A DNA stretch of 64,000 bases from the NCBI GenBank assembly GCA_963693365.1, contig CAVNZM010000002.1, positions 3,798,259-3,862,258 on the forward strand. Reading direction: 5' to 3'. Both the position numbers and the translations under genes were made by a program. Positions 1 to 15,404 of the stretch are shown here, piece after piece. Numbering within the stretch: position 1 is the stretch's first letter; each line of letters opens with the position of its first letter. Below the pieces are notes generated by a model. That model worked only from the letters and a program-made list of their open reading frames with translations. It was not told where the DNA came from and did no database searches. Origin of the DNA: Amoebidium appalachense (Eukaryota > Protista > Ichthyosporea).

Positions 1-359
1 TGTGTGTGTGTGTGTATGTGCGCGCGCGCGTGCGTGCACGCGTGTATGTGCATGTGTGTGTGTGTGTGTGTGTGCATGTGTGTGTGTGTGGGTGTGTGTG
101 TGTTTGTGTGTGTTTGTGGGTGGAAATATGCATGTGTTTGTGGATGTGTGTCCCAGTAGGCAATTAGATGTGCTCATGGATTTAGCTCACATTTACGAAA
201 CAAGAGTTTGTGTACATGTGGAGGACGGTTCGGTGAGTATGTGTGAGGGCGTGTAGACATGTCACCATAAACAACTTGGGAATGTGTGTTTGTCTGTATC
301 GGCAGTGCTCGTGGGGGGGGGGGGGGGGGGGGGGGGGGGGGAGGGGGCAGTGGCGGAAC

Positions 360-4451
<4,092 letters not shown>

Positions 4452-6003
4452 CGTAGACGTAGCCGTTGTGGCATGCTGCCTGTTCATCAGTGACGACACA
4501 GGTATACAAGGAGTGCGTGATAACTTCACTATGAACGGTGTATACTGGCAGAAGTCTGGCTCTGTTGACTACTGATGGGAAACAATGTAGTTGAAAGCCC
4601 TACTAGCAGGCGAGAAAGACAGAAAGAAAGATAGAAACAGTTCGTTTGCCTCAGTATCGCCAACCCCCTTTGTCGTCACCTCGCGTATTCGAAGGCTACG
4701 GAGAAGTCAGTGTTGTCAGCAAAGTTACACGCTAATGATTAGAAATTTGATCAAGTGCATGAGCTATGCACTGAAAGAGAGGTGCTTGTAGGTAAACCAA
4801 TCCTTTGGCTTAGTAAAGAATATATCGAAGTGGGTGAAGAATGTACTGGGTACCTAACCACATGTGTGGACTGTTGGATGTGAACAGTCGAATGTGCACA
4901 CTGAAAGTGGACGCACGATCGAAGGTTCAACTCTTCTAGAGGTGCCCTGTGACGCTAGGTGCTTCCTTCTACTTAGAGCGGGAAAACCGTAGGATCTTTG
5001 TGTGCCGAGAGAGAAATCATCATTAGAACTAACTTTCTATAAGAAGCTAAGTTGCAAAAACCGGCGGACTCGGCACTAACCTGGGCACTAATGGAAGGGC
5101 ACCATCCGAGAGTGGAGTCTTTGCATGACTCCAAAGGCACGAACACAAAAAGCCATGTTCTGACTGATGTTGTCAACGTTGAGTAATGTGAAAAGCGTTC
5201 GCATGTGATTGGTTAATATAGTGTAGGCGAGAGTATGTAGGCGGGAAACAGAGTCCAATCGGTGACGTTATGCGACCTGTTTTGGTATGCACTGCATTCC
5301 AATGCAATAAAAGTAACGTGGGTCACTGAGCACGGCCCTCTGAGCACAGTCGCAGGCGAGAATCTCGTCAGTACTGTATGTATGCATAACAAGCAAACAT
5401 ATTTATACCCTCTCTATTCCTTTTCCTGTACATGGGTTGAACGGGCGCCGCATGCATGCTTCCTTTCCATTTTCACTCCGAGGCTACCCTGCATTGCTTG
5501 TAATTGCGATCTGGGCCAAGCAATTGCGATCTGGGCCAAGCTTCTGGGTAGGCGTATGTGACCAAGTGAAAGGTGCAGGGGCGCTCGGTCTTCTCACTGT
5601 TGCTAGTTACTAGTTACCAACATGGGGTAAACAAGAAACATAAGAGCTTATACGCTCTGTAGTAAGTGTGTCTGCACTCAAAAACGATCTTCCGCCACTG
5701 GCGGCCGGTGGGCGATCGATCTATTGTCCACATCTAACTCGTCTGTGCATATTCATGTTGGGTGGTGGTCAAACATGGGCGGAAGTTGCTCAGATACATG
5801 CAAAAAGGCAGCAACAGCCACAAACAAGCTATAGCGCTTACCTAAAGAACCAAAGCGGTCATGACGAAATGTTGCGGAAAGTGAAAGATGCTTTCAGCCG
5901 GAGTGATCTTGCAGAAGATCTAGGGTTGTGGTGTACTAACCTGTGCGAGTGTGGTGTGTGTGTGTGTCCGTCTGCGCGCGTGTGTGTTTGTGTGTCTGTG
6001 TTT

Positions 6004-6076
<73 letters not shown>

Positions 6077-6132
6077 TGTGTCTGTGTCTGTGTGTGTGTG
6101 CCTTGTGTGTGTGTGTGTGTGTGGTGTACGGA

Positions 6133-6238
<106 letters not shown>

Positions 6239-6470
6239 CTTGTGGGTGGGTGTGTGTGTGTGCGAGCAGTGTACCTGGCGTGCACACAGGAACACGCATG
6301 AAGCACAATGCTTTAGATCTAGAGATTGGCGGGAAGCAGAGGGAGGGCCTTTCGCTACGAAGCTTAAGTACTAGTGAGATAGTTTTGCGGAAAGTTAGAG
6401 ATCATCACATCTTTAGCCAGAGTGATCTAGATCTTGCAACGAGTTTAAGGTTGTATGCACGTAGTACCAC

Positions 6471-6514
<44 letters not shown>

Positions 6515-6704
6515 TGTGTGTGTGTGCTTGTGCGTGTGTGTGTGTGTGTCTGTGGGTGGCCAGTGGGTGGGTGGGGGTCGATGAGTGTGTGTATGTGTGG
6601 TTGGGTGGGTGGGTGTGGGTGGGTGGGTGTCGGTGTGTGCGCGTGTGCGCGTGTGTACGTGTGTGTGTGTGTGTGTGTGTGTGTGGCCCGGGATGGGTGG
6701 GCGG

Positions 6705-6735
<31 letters not shown>

Positions 6736-7314
6736 CGCAGTGTGCCGTAGCGTGCACACACTATTAAAGAGAGATGGCGCTGTAGATCTAGACACGGGAG
6801 AGGGAAGGAAAGGGAGGGAAGCAGGCCGAGGGAATGATGGAAGCCTGAAACGGAGAGGGGCCGGGGGGGGGGGGGGGGGAGGGGGGAGGGGGGGAGGGGG
6901 GGGGAAGCGGGGGGAGGGGGGGGGGGGGGAGAGGGGGGGGGGGGGGGAGGTGGATGGTCACATCGACACCAGCTCCTACATAGTTCCTGGACGATTTTAT
7001 TTTCGCTATTTAGTTCTACCTGCAGGTACTATGATGGTGCAAAAGTCTGCATAAAAGGAACTCGGACCCAGAGTGCATGCGCAAGCCATGTGGTTCCCGT
7101 CAGATGAGGTTTCTGCTTCGCATGGGTTGTCAGATAGTCGGCGCAGTGGAACAGGCGCTAGTAGGCCCGTAGGTAGTCTCTAGGCACAAAATATTACCGA
7201 TACCGTGATGTTTTCTGCAGCTTGATGGTAGATTCGATGCATTGGGAAGCGGGGTGGTCAAGGGAAAGGGGGAGGGGGGGGGGAGGGGGGTAGGAGGGGG
7301 AGGGGGGACGGGAA

Positions 7315-7347
<33 letters not shown>

Positions 7348-7601
7348 CTAGAGAGGAGCCATCACCGTGCACAGTATCAAAGCTAAGCTGTGCATCGATG
7401 TTTGCTTGTTTGTGTAGTTATCACCATTTTCCCTTACTATTCAATATTACTGTATTTTTAGCAAAGTTTTTGGAGGGGGAGGGGGGGGGGGGGGGAGGGG
7501 GGGAGAAGAGAAAAGAAGGAAAAGAGGGGCAGCAGGGAGAGAAAGAAGGGCAGTGGGGGTGGGGGGGGAGAGAGAGGGGGGGAAGATCGTTAGTTCAGGG
7601 T

Positions 7602-7637
<36 letters not shown>

Positions 7638-8091
7638 CTGTTTAGTTAGGCAGTCAATATGCCATGTTTAGCGAAGAGGGAGCAATAGAGGAGGGGGAAG
7701 GATGGGAGCAAGACGGAAAGGGAGGATCGGGAAGGGAGAGACAGACTGGGGGGGGGGGGGGGGGGGGGGGGGGAGAGGCGGAGGGGGCGGGGGGAGGGGG
7801 GGGGGGGGGGGGGGGGATTACTTTCTCTACACCCTCTGACTGCAAACATGTCAGGGCAACGCGAGTCATAGACCAACACCTGAATGGGGATTTTCTGTAA
7901 CACGTTTCTGTCAAATTAAGCAACTCTCCGGTCCTCCTCGCTTTCCGCTTTATATAAGCGCTTCTCGTAGTTTTTAGCCTGCTTAATGGCGTTCTCCCGC
8001 TTCTATTGTCAGTTGTTTTTCTCGCTGTGTGGAGAGAGGAACTGCACTATTATACCCACACTCGGGGACTGCTTCTCTACCCATCCAAAAC

Positions 8092-8863
8092 TGTTGTTTT
8101 GTGTGGGTAAACGGAGAAGCAGAGAGCACAGATGGGTGTTATGTTATACACAACACAGAGACACACGGGAGAAACACAACCGGAGAGGTGGAACGATTTC
8201 TGGGACCATTGGAAATGATTTCAATTGCTTGATATTTATTTCAAGATAACATTCGTTTTATACTCGGGAATGTGAAATCGATAAGCCAATCAAAAGAACG
8301 AAAACTCTTTTATCCAATCAGGAAGACGAAAACTATGAGGGTAAAATAATTCGATCGAAATGCCTGTCGACACATAGAAGATAAAACGCAATCCTCTAAT
8401 GAAAGTAATCTTATAATGAAAGTACGGAAACATTTAACAAAATGAAACCACTTATGTATCTATTAGTTCACATCATATATTTATACATGTTCTTAACACA
8501 ACACGTCTAAATATGAGTATTCCTAATAGCGGCTGGGGAGTTTAGAGCAATTCTACGTCGTGGGAAAAGAACGAAAAGGAATGGGAAAGGAATTGAGTAG
8601 AATTAATGAGGAATGTAGGTTACTATATTTGGGAAAATATAACGAGATCTGATTGGACAATTTATTTAGACATTGACGCAAACAACAATACGTGTGCGCG
8701 GGCCAAATAGCTCGATGTGTACACAGATCTAAGATATCTGTGCACACGGAAACGGAAAGGAAAGAAAGGAAAAGGGAAAAGGAAACGAACATTCAACAAC
8801 AAACTAATAAACAAATGTAAAACTCAGCTTCTAAGTCTTGCCGTTAATCATGGGAAGATGACA
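8092..8863 (-). mobile_element. Solo LTR (family C), 772 bp
   Basis: Termini TGTTG...TGACA; 5-bp TSD AAAAC (8087-8091 and 8864-8868); similar copy in the opposite orientation at 60808-61610. Confidence 0.85.
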
Positions 8864-9053
8864 AAAACTCTACCTCTTCCTTGAACCTGTCCACAATTTA
8901 CTCTGTATCCTTCTTTATTAAAACTGACGTGTCAACACTCCCACTGGTGTGAAGAAGTTCTGCTAACGCTCGTGTTTGGTTTGTGCAATGACTCGCGCAG
9001 AACTTAATGCAACACTGCCCTTGCGGCATCTACACCAACAATCGTTAACTAGC

Positions 9054-9663
9054 TGTAAACAGTTGAACTAGTTGGGATAAGGCAGAGAACAACTGAATCA
9101 GAATAAAGACAGAGAACGGGTAGTAAGGCACACGCGGCCAGGTTACTATTTAATGTGCTCGTTCAGAGTGATCCCCCGTACTGGGACGGCTTGTTTATAT
9201 AGCCCCCAGGTTCCGGATCATCTGGATGGGTGGCATTGATGCCTTCGTGACTTCTGACCAGTCAGAAGAGTGCGGTCGTCTTTATGTGCACACAGTGCAC
9301 CAATAACATGAAGCTAACTAAAAGGATAACTTTGTGGCAAATGATTGGTCAATACTTAAGCCCGTTTAGGTTTATGCAACTGGGTCTGATTTCCTTATTG
9401 GTTCCGTTCGTTTAGCTATAGATGTCGCCTCCGTAGTGGATGAGACTTGCATTCCTATCCTAGCGGTTCTCGAATTCTATTGGTTCATACTGACTGCACG
9501 GCCACTGCATATTGCCGGCGCCGCGGCTCAGTCGTGAGCCGCAGCCCGCGGCTGTCGCGTGTGATATTGATCTGATCATATGTACACAATATCTACGTGA
9601 TCACTATGATATGTACAGTATATTCGTAATAGTAAACATGTACGGCGTGTACAGATGTTTACA
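9054..9663 (-). repeat. 3' LTR of Gypsy A
   Basis: 610 bp; the only mismatch I found against the 5' LTR is T9385 vs C17789; TATA-like tatataaa on the minus strand. Confidence 0.95.
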
Positions 9664-9676
9664 CTCCCCCCTTCTC
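9664..9676 (-). promoter_or_regulatory. Polypurine tract of Gypsy A
   Basis: GAGAAGGGGGGAG immediately 5' of the 3' LTR on the minus strand. Confidence 0.9.
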
Positions 9677-9727
9677 GGGAGCCTGGTGGTATGGTCTGGA
9701 GACGGTAAACCACCAGGCTGAGGGAAG

Positions 9728-12700
9728 TTAGCGACGTCGGCGCTTCTTTCGTGCGGGCTGGCTGGCAGGGCCGGCCACCAAAGTACCTAGGTAGTCTGTG
9801 AGTGCTCCTGCGGCTGTGTCTTGCAGGCCGGAGTGAGGTTCCCAGGTGTCGTTCTTAGCCGTGTACCCTTTCCAACGAACTTTGTAAAGGGCTTGGGCAG
9901 TTGCCGAGTCGTACTTGTGGGCAATAATTTTTGCCACTTCGAAGGTGGGGGTGGGTGAATCTTGCGGACCAGAGTCGGCTGGCGTCATATCAACGTCGTC
10001 ACGGGGAAAATACGGCTTCAAGTGACGTGCGTGTGCTCGAACGGTGTCCGTTGACCCAACCCGCTGAATTTCGTAAGACATGGGGGCGTCGGTAACGCGC
10101 CGCAGGACGCGATACGGACCTTCCCATTTAGGTCTGAGTGCCGTGGGTAGACTGTGGTCGGTGGTGGAGTCTGTGACTGCTTTCAACACCAGACCCTCGA
10201 GTTCTGTGGGTTCACGAGCATTTTTGTTAGCCGTGATTTTACTACGACGGGCAGCTTCAGACATAATTCGTGTGACTGTTTGCCGGGCATACTGCACTCG
10301 TTGCAGTAGTTCTCGACGGTATTCCTCCGTCTCCATCCCACATGAAGCCGCAATTGGGGGGCGGGGGGGCTCGACCGGATCTCTGCCATAAAGCATGAAG
10401 AATGGCGTGTCCCCCAAGGAAGAGTGGTAGGCGGTGCGGTAGGAAAACAGTACTTGCGGTAAGTAGTCAATCCATTCGTGGTGTTTATCCTGCACGAGAG
10501 TGGCAAGAATATTCTTAAGTGTGCGATTGAATCGCTCTACGGCACCATTGGTCTGGGGGCTGTAGGGACTTGCAAAAATTCGTTTTGTAGCCAACACTCG
10601 ACAGACATCTGTGACCAACATAGCTGCCAAATTCGCGCCGTTGTCTGATACTAAAAATTCCGGACGACCGTGACGGCAGTAGATGGAGTCTTCGAATGCC
10701 TTTGCCACATCTTCGGCTGTGGGTGTTTTGTGAAATAAAATCACTTCCGGCCAGCGAGTGAAGAGGTCGAGAAACACCAACAGGGAAACTCTGAGATCAG
10801 ATTTCGTAGGCATCTCAGTAATGTCCATAGACACGTATTGAAAGGGATAGGTGGGGATAAAACCATCGTGAATTCGTAGTTTCTTTTGCATTCGGGGTGT
10901 CTTCCGGTATTGACAGGCTTTGCATGTGGTTACCCACTGCACCGAGTCTTGCCATACACGTGGCCACCATGCTATCTGGGTAACACGGTGGAAGGTGCGT
11001 GCTGCGTCGAGGTGACCTGCGGTTGGGGCGTCGTGACATGCGGCCAAAACGAGGCGCACAAGCGTAGACGGCACCCAAATTCGTGGTTCCTTGCTGGGTT
11101 TGCGGGGGCCACGCTGTTCTAGGACCCACACATACACAAGGTCATTGTCTATGGTGCAGCGACTAGCTTCCATCGCGATTTCGTTGCCAAATAATTCGTA
11201 GCCCGGTGCTTTTTCCAGGTAGGCCCTGACTTTCGCAATGTGTTTATCAGCCTTCTGTGCTGACACATACTGTTCATAGGTGGGCATTCGTCCATCCGCT
11301 TTTGGGGGAATAAATTCTGGCGGCGTGGTATTAGGTTTCGTGGGTTCAGCTGGGGGTGGGTGGGTGGCAGCTTGTGCCTGCGCTGTCGCTGCGGCGGAGC
11401 GTGTTACCGCAAACACCGTGGACGAGCCCGAGACTGTGCCGATCAGTGAGGGGTATGTCAGCTCAGTATCTTCGGGTCCTGGTTGCGCATTTTCTTTAGA
11501 TGGCCGAGAGAGTCCATCAGCATTGCTGTGGTGTTTGCCCGCCCTGTGCTGAATTTCGTATGTGTATGCGGAAAGCGCCATTTGCCAGCCTGCAACAACA
11601 GGTTCCGGTGCATCGCCGGTAGACAGAATGCGCGTCAAGCTGGAGTGGTCGGTTCGTAACAAGAAAGGAGCCCCATAGGTGTAAGCGCGAAATGCTTTGC
11701 ACACAGCCCAATACACACCTAAGGCTTCCCTTTTATTCGCCGCATAATTTCGTTCACTCTTAGAGAGTGTTCTGCTAGCATAAGCTATGGGTCGTTCTTT
11801 GCCGTCATCACCTACCTGCGAAATCACTGCGCCCAGAGCATACTGTGAAGCATCTGAGTCAACAATAAAAGGTTTGGTGAAATCGGGGTGAGCAAGCACA
11901 GGTGCATTAATTAACGCATTCTTAAGGGTATCGTATGCTTTCTCCTGTTCCGTACCCCACACCCATGCAGCATTTTTCTGTGCTTTCTTTTTCGTGGCCA
12001 AAATAGCTGCAGAATCGGCGTGCAAATTTTTTGCTTCGTCTTTTCGTTGTTTTGCGCTGCCGTTGCGTTTGGCGGGTTTCGTAGAGGGGGGCATTTTTGC
12101 GTGAATTCGTTTTAGTAATTCTGAATCCTCCTTCGAGGTGCCCAGCATTCGCGTGAGTGGTTCAGCCGTATGGCTGAAATCGTCCACAAATATTCGATAA
12201 TATGAAAATAACCCGAGGTCACTTCGTAGCTCAGATAAATTTTGTGGGTAGCTTTTATTCTTTATTGCTGCCACTTTTTCTGGGTCTACCTTAATACCAT
12301 CCGGGCATACGCGATGGCCTAAATAGCCAACTTCTTCCATGAACAAAGAGCATTTTCTGCCTTTCAGTTTTAATCCTGCATCACAGAGCCGGGAAAAACA
12401 TGAATCTAAATGCCCAAAATGTTCTTCGATAGTGGGTGACATAACTAATATATCATCGAGATATATGAGTACATGTGTCCACAGCATACCAGCGAATACA
12501 CGGTTCATCATCCTTGAAAAGACAGCAGGCATGTTACTTACTCCAAAAGGTGCGCGTGCGAATTGATACTGCCCCCAGGGGGTGGTAAATGCAAGTTTTT
12601 CTTTGTCGTTATCGGCTACTTTGACTTGGTGGTAACCACCGTTTAAATCAAGTGCGGAAAACACGCGGGCACCTCTGAGCATACCCAGAGCCATGTCAAT

Positions 12701-13495
12701 TCGTGGTAAAGGGTAACCGTCTTTCTTCGTAATCAAGTTCAGCATTCTAAAATCAATGCAGACTCTTAAAGACCCGTCCTTTTTCGCCACCAACACCATC
12801 GGAGCGGAGTAAGGGCTGGACGCAGGCTCAATCACTCCAAACTCTACCCAAGTTTGAATTTGTTTGTGTAGGCTATCGCGAAGGTGATGTGGGATGTTAT
12901 AGGGCCTGCGGTACTGTGGTATGGTGGTAGTTACTTCGATCGACAGTTCGTCTAAGGTACTCAAACCAAAGTCGTTGTCGTGTGCAGAGAACACATGCTT
13001 CCATTTCTTAAGCAGTTTTCGTATCCGTTTCGCCAACGGTTTCCGTTGGTCTGGGGGAGTTCCAGGCATGTCGTATTCTTCTGGAGGTTTGACCCCAAAA
13101 GGCAAGTCGTCGTCTGTGGCGGCTTCCCCGTCGGAGGTACATTCGTGCGTACGCTTTCGTAAATTATTCGTATCCTCCAGTGCAGTGGTAGATGGTGCCC
13201 CATCTGCTGCTTCGATAGTAGGTGGCCCTACCTCTGGTTTTGTTCGTGCTGGATTACCAAAACCATTCATTTTCGTGGAACTGCGCTGTGTGGTGTTCTC
13301 TTTCGTACTCATATTCATAATTTTACTCCGTTCACACACCTTAATACTACCGTTAATATTAGTAGCCGCCTGGAAAGTGTGTGGTTCGTGTTCGGTGGGT
13401 TCTTCGGTTGATTCCTGCGAAGAAAAGTTCGTTTTAGCAGAGGTACCTAATGGATGGCCAGGGTGTGGGGTTGTCGCTCGCCCTCCTGGTTCCAT
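9728..13495 (-). CDS. pol: Gypsy Pol: reverse transcriptase, RNase H, integrase, chromodomain
   Basis: RT (LRVCIDFRMLN, PFG, YLDD); RNase H (DASQY, REA, TDH, ADGLSR); HHCC zinc finger and D,D(35)E integrase; GPY motif; chromodomain FEVAKII...YKVRWKGY...DTWEP; basic C-terminus RKKRRRR. Frame is open up to the TAG at 13514-13516. Confidence 0.97.
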   Translation of the reverse strand: MEPGGRATTPHPGHPLGTSAKTNFSSQESTEEPTEHEPHTFQAATNINGSIKVCERSKIMNMSTKENTTQRSSTKMNGFGNPARTKPEVGPPTIEAADGAPSTTALEDTNNLRKRTHECTSDGEAATDDDLPFGVKPPEEYDMPGTPPDQRKPLAKRIRKLLKKWKHVFSAHDNDFGLSTLDELSIEVTTTIPQYRRPYNIPHHLRDSLHKQIQTWVEFGVIEPASSPYSAPMVLVAKKDGSLRVCIDFRMLNLITKKDGYPLPRIDMALGMLRGARVFSALDLNGGYHQVKVADNDKEKLAFTTPWGQYQFARAPFGVSNMPAVFSRMMNRVFAGMLWTHVLIYLDDILVMSPTIEEHFGHLDSCFSRLCDAGLKLKGRKCSLFMEEVGYLGHRVCPDGIKVDPEKVAAIKNKSYPQNLSELRSDLGLFSYYRIFVDDFSHTAEPLTRMLGTSKEDSELLKRIHAKMPPSTKPAKRNGSAKQRKDEAKNLHADSAAILATKKKAQKNAAWVWGTEQEKAYDTLKNALINAPVLAHPDFTKPFIVDSDASQYALGAVISQVGDDGKERPIAYASRTLSKSERNYAANKREALGVYWAVCKAFRAYTYGAPFLLRTDHSSLTRILSTGDAPEPVVAGWQMALSAYTYEIQHRAGKHHSNADGLSRPSKENAQPGPEDTELTYPSLIGTVSGSSTVFAVTRSAAATAQAQAATHPPPAEPTKPNTTPPEFIPPKADGRMPTYEQYVSAQKADKHIAKVRAYLEKAPGYELFGNEIAMEASRCTIDNDLVYVWVLEQRGPRKPSKEPRIWVPSTLVRLVLAACHDAPTAGHLDAARTFHRVTQIAWWPRVWQDSVQWVTTCKACQYRKTPRMQKKLRIHDGFIPTYPFQYVSMDITEMPTKSDLRVSLLVFLDLFTRWPEVILFHKTPTAEDVAKAFEDSIYCRHGRPEFLVSDNGANLAAMLVTDVCRVLATKRIFASPYSPQTNGAVERFNRTLKNILATLVQDKHHEWIDYLPQVLFSYRTAYHSSLGDTPFFMLYGRDPVEPPRPPIAASCGMETEEYRRELLQRVQYARQTVTRIMSEAARRSKITANKNAREPTELEGLVLKAVTDSTTDHSLPTALRPKWEGPYRVLRRVTDAPMSYEIQRVGSTDTVRAHARHLKPYFPRDDVDMTPADSGPQDSPTPTFEVAKIIAHKYDSATAQALYKVRWKGYTAKNDTWEPHSGLQDTAAGALTDYLGTLVAGPASQPARKKRRRR

Positions 13496-14018
13496 TACCG
13501 GAGTGTGGACGTGCTAAAAGAGTAACAGTGTCATCTGATTGCAAGGGAATAAACATGGCCACCTCCGTACCAGGGCCTAGGTACACATGATGGTCCGATG
13601 TGTTAGTCAACAACACCTTGCATTCGTATTCGTCCTCGATCACACTTTCTTCGCTAGTGGAGAGGGGGGGTTCGTTATTCGAAATTCGAGCTAAACTGGT
13701 GACACTGCATGCTGTTGTGTAAGCCCGTGAATTAAGTGGACCACATGGAACCACTGTGCCCATACAACAGTCTAAAGTTCGTGGTGGTGGTGCGCCGGCA
13801 GCGAGTTTTATTTTACACGTTGCGATATTTGACGCATCTACCGGGAGGTGAATACCTGTGGTGGTAATTAATACGCGAGAAACAGCTGTCTCCTCCGCAC
13901 TCCCACGCAACCACCACACCGGAATACTGCACCTGCGATTTCCCTTAGCATACATGAACGAAAGTTCTGCAGCACCGTAATCAATTCGTCCCTGTTGTGG
14001 CCCCATGAAATCCAACAC
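13434..14018 (-). pseudogene. Protease C-terminus (LDFM) plus a dUTPase-like linker region, out of frame with both neighbours
   Basis: Starts LDFM, completing the DALLG-LDF protease motif after a +1 slip at ~14020; contains VLLTNTSDHHVYLGPGTEVAMF. Confidence 0.6.
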
Positions 14019-14019
14019 C

Positions 14020-15404
14020 TAATAAGGCATCATATGGTAGATTATCAATCACATGCCATCTGTGCACCACTAGAGCAGATTCGTTGGGAATGGCGAGAGT
14101 GAGAGATATACTTCCTTGGCATGTCATTTCGTTACTTTGTGCATCCAGTGTTGGAGTACACTGGTACTCCCGGCTAGCAATGTCTGTTAGAGAAAGTTTC
14201 TGAGCAATTGAATAACTGTTTCAACACTCACTCGAGTGCATAGAGCTTTTGTTTACGGTCATATTCATATATGGTAGTTATATGTTTGAGCCAAAACTGT
14301 ACCAATGACGAGCTTCACTAGCAACGTGCTAATTGTGCTCATTAATTAATATTCCCGGTTCAGATGATGTCATGTCTATATTTGCCACAGGATTCTATTC
14401 TTAGAGTGGTAGTGTGCTTTATTCCCGGATATTCTCAGAATATTTTTAGTTGTGTGAAGCAATATTTACGTTTAACTGCAATTGGTGTGTTAAACACGTT
14501 TATTTGTGTGCTTTAGTGCAAGTTAACTAGCCACTCAACGTGCACAGTTAACTTTTATATCTTTAACGACTTGTTTTCATTGTGCTCTCTTTTCGGCCAT
14601 GCTGTACATGGCCCACCACCAGGGTGCACACGAGGCCACCATGAGGTGGCCAACGACTATATAAAGCAGTGCCTCCCATGTCACAAACATGGGAAGCAGA
14701 ACGTTTGATTTACACTTTTCTACTGTCGTTTCCAGTGCACAAAACACATAGACTAGTTACCCATCATACACGACACTATGTCTGACAACTTACAGTTGCA
14801 GCAACTAGTCCAACTACTGGAGCAGAGGTTGGCCTCACAAGATGCAATCATTTCTGACTTACAGAAGGAACAACGTGCACTAGAACTAGCTTCTATGAAC
14901 ACAATGTCCAACATCCAGTACACTAAAATTAGGAACATGCTGAATTCGTTTTCTTGCCACTACAGGGAGAGATTCGTAAAATGCTGTGCTTATACAGCTA
15001 TGGCTAGCACCAGAGTCGACAACTACTGTGACTAGCTTCCCATGCACATACATTCGCGCAAGTGTGGCTGTGCATTTATTTTCGTGGGTTAATGTGCACA
15101 CAGTGGCATTTTCATGCCGTGGTTCTGCAATGGAGGAGTGCACACGGTCAGCAAAATGCACATTTTTCTTTTTGCGCGGGGGCGGGGTGTGCGTGTGCAT
15201 GGGGGGGTCAGTACACGGGGGTAACTGTTCGTGGGGGGGTGGGGCACATGCAGATTCGTGGGAGGGCTCCGAGACAACAGAAATTTCCGCACCAGTAGAT
15301 TTATTTTGCAATTTATCTGCCAGAGGGGAACACAGTTCCAGCTCTGCTATTAAATCAAATACATTATGTTCTACTGGGGAGAGACCAGTCCCTTGCCCGC
15401 CTTC
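14020..15404 (-). pseudogene. Gypsy aspartic protease interrupted by a solo LTR
   Basis: Active site VVDSGASHSCIS. Removing 14149-14913 plus one TSD restores the reading ...FSVLDAQSNEMTCQGSISL...VIDNLPYDALLG. Confidence 0.9.
14149..14913 (+). mobile_element. Solo LTR (765 bp) of an unrelated family inserted in the Gypsy protease
   Basis: Terminal inverted repeats TGTTGGA...TCCAACA; 5-bp TSD TCCAG (14144-14148 and 14914-14918); TATATAAA at ~14658; no coding domain. Confidence 0.9.

Noticed and set aside
7870-9030. Minus-strand frame across the excised solo LTR with five TAA stops that would read well as Gln (RIP or ciliate-type code)
   Set aside because: Stop density is about random expectation, duplicated TEs show no RIP signature, and TAA terminates other ORFs normally.
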